The notes below the pieces were generated by a model, which ran no database searches, was not told where the DNA came from, and saw only the letters and a list, made by a program, of their open reading frames with translations. Made by a program: the position numbers and the translations under genes. Shown here one piece after another: positions 63,334-64,000 of a stretch of 64,000 bases of DNA. How positions within the stretch are numbered: position 1 is the first letter of the stretch; each line of letters starts with the position of its first letter. Source of the stretch: Candidatus Goldiibacteriota bacterium (GTDB lineage: Bacteria; Oederibacteriota; PGYV01; DYJU01); NCBI GenBank assembly GCA_938034975.1, contig CALHNI010000005.1:60718-124717 (forward strand). The letters are read 5' to 3'.

Positions 63334-63825
63334 ATGGTATCAATAGAATGGGATATTTTATTGTTACAGATAATTACTTTTGTCATTGCCCTTCCTTTGA
63401 TATGGATGTGGCTTTTAAGACCGCTTGTTAACCGTCTTAAAGAAAGGGAAAAATTTATAAAAGAAAGTGTTGATAAAATTGAAAATGAAAGAAAAGAAAT
63501 AGAAAGGCTAAAAGAAGAGCACTTTAAAGGTATAAAAGAACTGGAACAGCGTTCAAAAGAAACTTTATCCGCAGCAGTTTCAGAAGGCGAAAGGGTAAAG
63601 CAGCAGATGATAGAAGATGCAAAAAAAGAAGGGGCAAAAATGGTTGAAGAAGCAAAAAAAGAAATAGAACTTGAAAAAAACAAGGCAATAGAGGATGTGA
63701 AAGATAAAATAGCAGAACTTTCAATTTTAACCGCTGAAAAGATAATAAAAAAGAAGATAAGCAAAAAACAACATTTAGAAATTATTAAAAATTATTCCAA
63801 AGAAATAGGAAAAGGAATAAATTGA
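63334..63825 (+). CDS. atpF: F0F1 ATP synthase subunit b
   Basis: 163 aa: N-terminal TM followed by a long charged coiled coil. AAGGAGG RBS. Confidence 0.75.
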   Translation: MVSIEWDILLLQIITFVIALPLIWMWLLRPLVNRLKEREKFIKESVDKIENERKEIERLKEEHFKGIKELEQRSKETLSAAVSEGERVKQQMIEDAKKEGAKMVEEAKKEIELEKNKAIEDVKDKIAELSILTAEKIIKKKISKKQHLEIIKNYSKEIGKGIN

Positions 63826-63826
63826 T

Positions 63827-64000
63827 ATGGTAAATCAGGTTTTGCCGTTAAAATATGCAAATGCGCTTTTTTTAGTGGCGAAAAATTCAGGTAAGTTAAA
63901 ACAAATAGAAAATGACTTGGGGTTTATAATTAAAATTTTTAAAGAAAATCCTGAATTTGAAAAAGTTATAAATCATCCCGGTATTAATAAAGAAAATAAA
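63827..64000 (+). CDS. atpH: F0F1 ATP synthase subunit delta (3' end truncated by the window)
   Basis: Starts MVNQVLPLKYANALFLVAKNSGKL, matching the OSCP/delta N-terminus (..YA.ALF..A); begins 2 nt after atpF. Confidence 0.6.
   Translation, partial: MVNQVLPLKYANALFLVAKNSGKLKQIENDLGFIIKIFKENPEFEKVINHPGINKENK

Noticed and set aside
1-64000. CRISPR arrays, rRNA genes, transposases/integrases, prophage, restriction-modification or other defence islands
   Set aside because: No array of regularly spaced direct repeats, no rRNA-like GC-rich blocks, and no ORF with DDE/tyrosine-recombinase/RT signatures. The only repetitive DNA is the intergenic cassette family, the intragenic 300-bp tandem array and the 11-bp triplet.

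Overview
This is a very AT-rich (about 30% GC by eye) chromosomal segment from a diderm (Gram-negative-type) bacterium. Apart from mnmG and a three-tRNA cluster, every gene is on the + strand and packing is tight. Content is mostly housekeeping and cell-envelope genes. In order along the window: a TPR protein, an ExbB-ExbD-ExbD-TonB cluster, pfkA, a beta-CASP MBL ribonuclease, ftsE-ftsX and an EnvC-like M23 peptidase. These are followed by a tRNA-Leu/tRNA-fMet/tRNA-fMet cluster, mnmG, rlmN, sixA and tRNA-Gly, then lysS, lolCD, clpC, a 1756-aa TamB-like protein and a sirtuin, then def, a CPBP protease, two Roadblock/LC7 proteins, FtsB, a 969-aa zincin/beta-propeller/Omp85-like outer-membrane protein, uppP and the korDABC 2-oxoacid:ferredoxin oxidoreductase. 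The last part carries an 1845-aa repeat protein, an O-antigen-ligase/TPR fusion, purN, purH, a Thr-rich 869-aa surface protein, an NSS Na+ transporter and the start of the F-type ATP synthase operon (atpI/B/E/F/H). Codon usage and domain content (T9SS/FlgD-Ig-like C-terminal domain, Lol, Tam, Na+-type c-subunit) suggest an uncultivated low-GC anaerobe, perhaps in the FCB-superphylum-related candidate phyla; this is inference only. Two things stand out that ordinary annotation would miss. (1) A second, otherwise near-identical tRNA-fMet gene carries a 128-nt GC-rich insertion exactly at T-loop positions 54-56, and sits inside a normal promoter-to-terminator tRNA operon. (2) A composite intergenic repeat of about 180-280 bp is present in at least 10 copies across the 64 kb. 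It is built from two related 28-34-bp palindromes (A: cctgaaaaacgc...gcgtttttcagg, B: ccgtaaaaacgc...gcgtttttacgg) and two AT-rich modules. In six copies palindrome B sits a fixed 13-14 bp upstream of a near-consensus sigma70 -35/-10 pair, so the repeat supplies both a promoter and an SD+ATG cassette. No CRISPR array, rRNA, transposase, integrase or recognisable defence system was seen.
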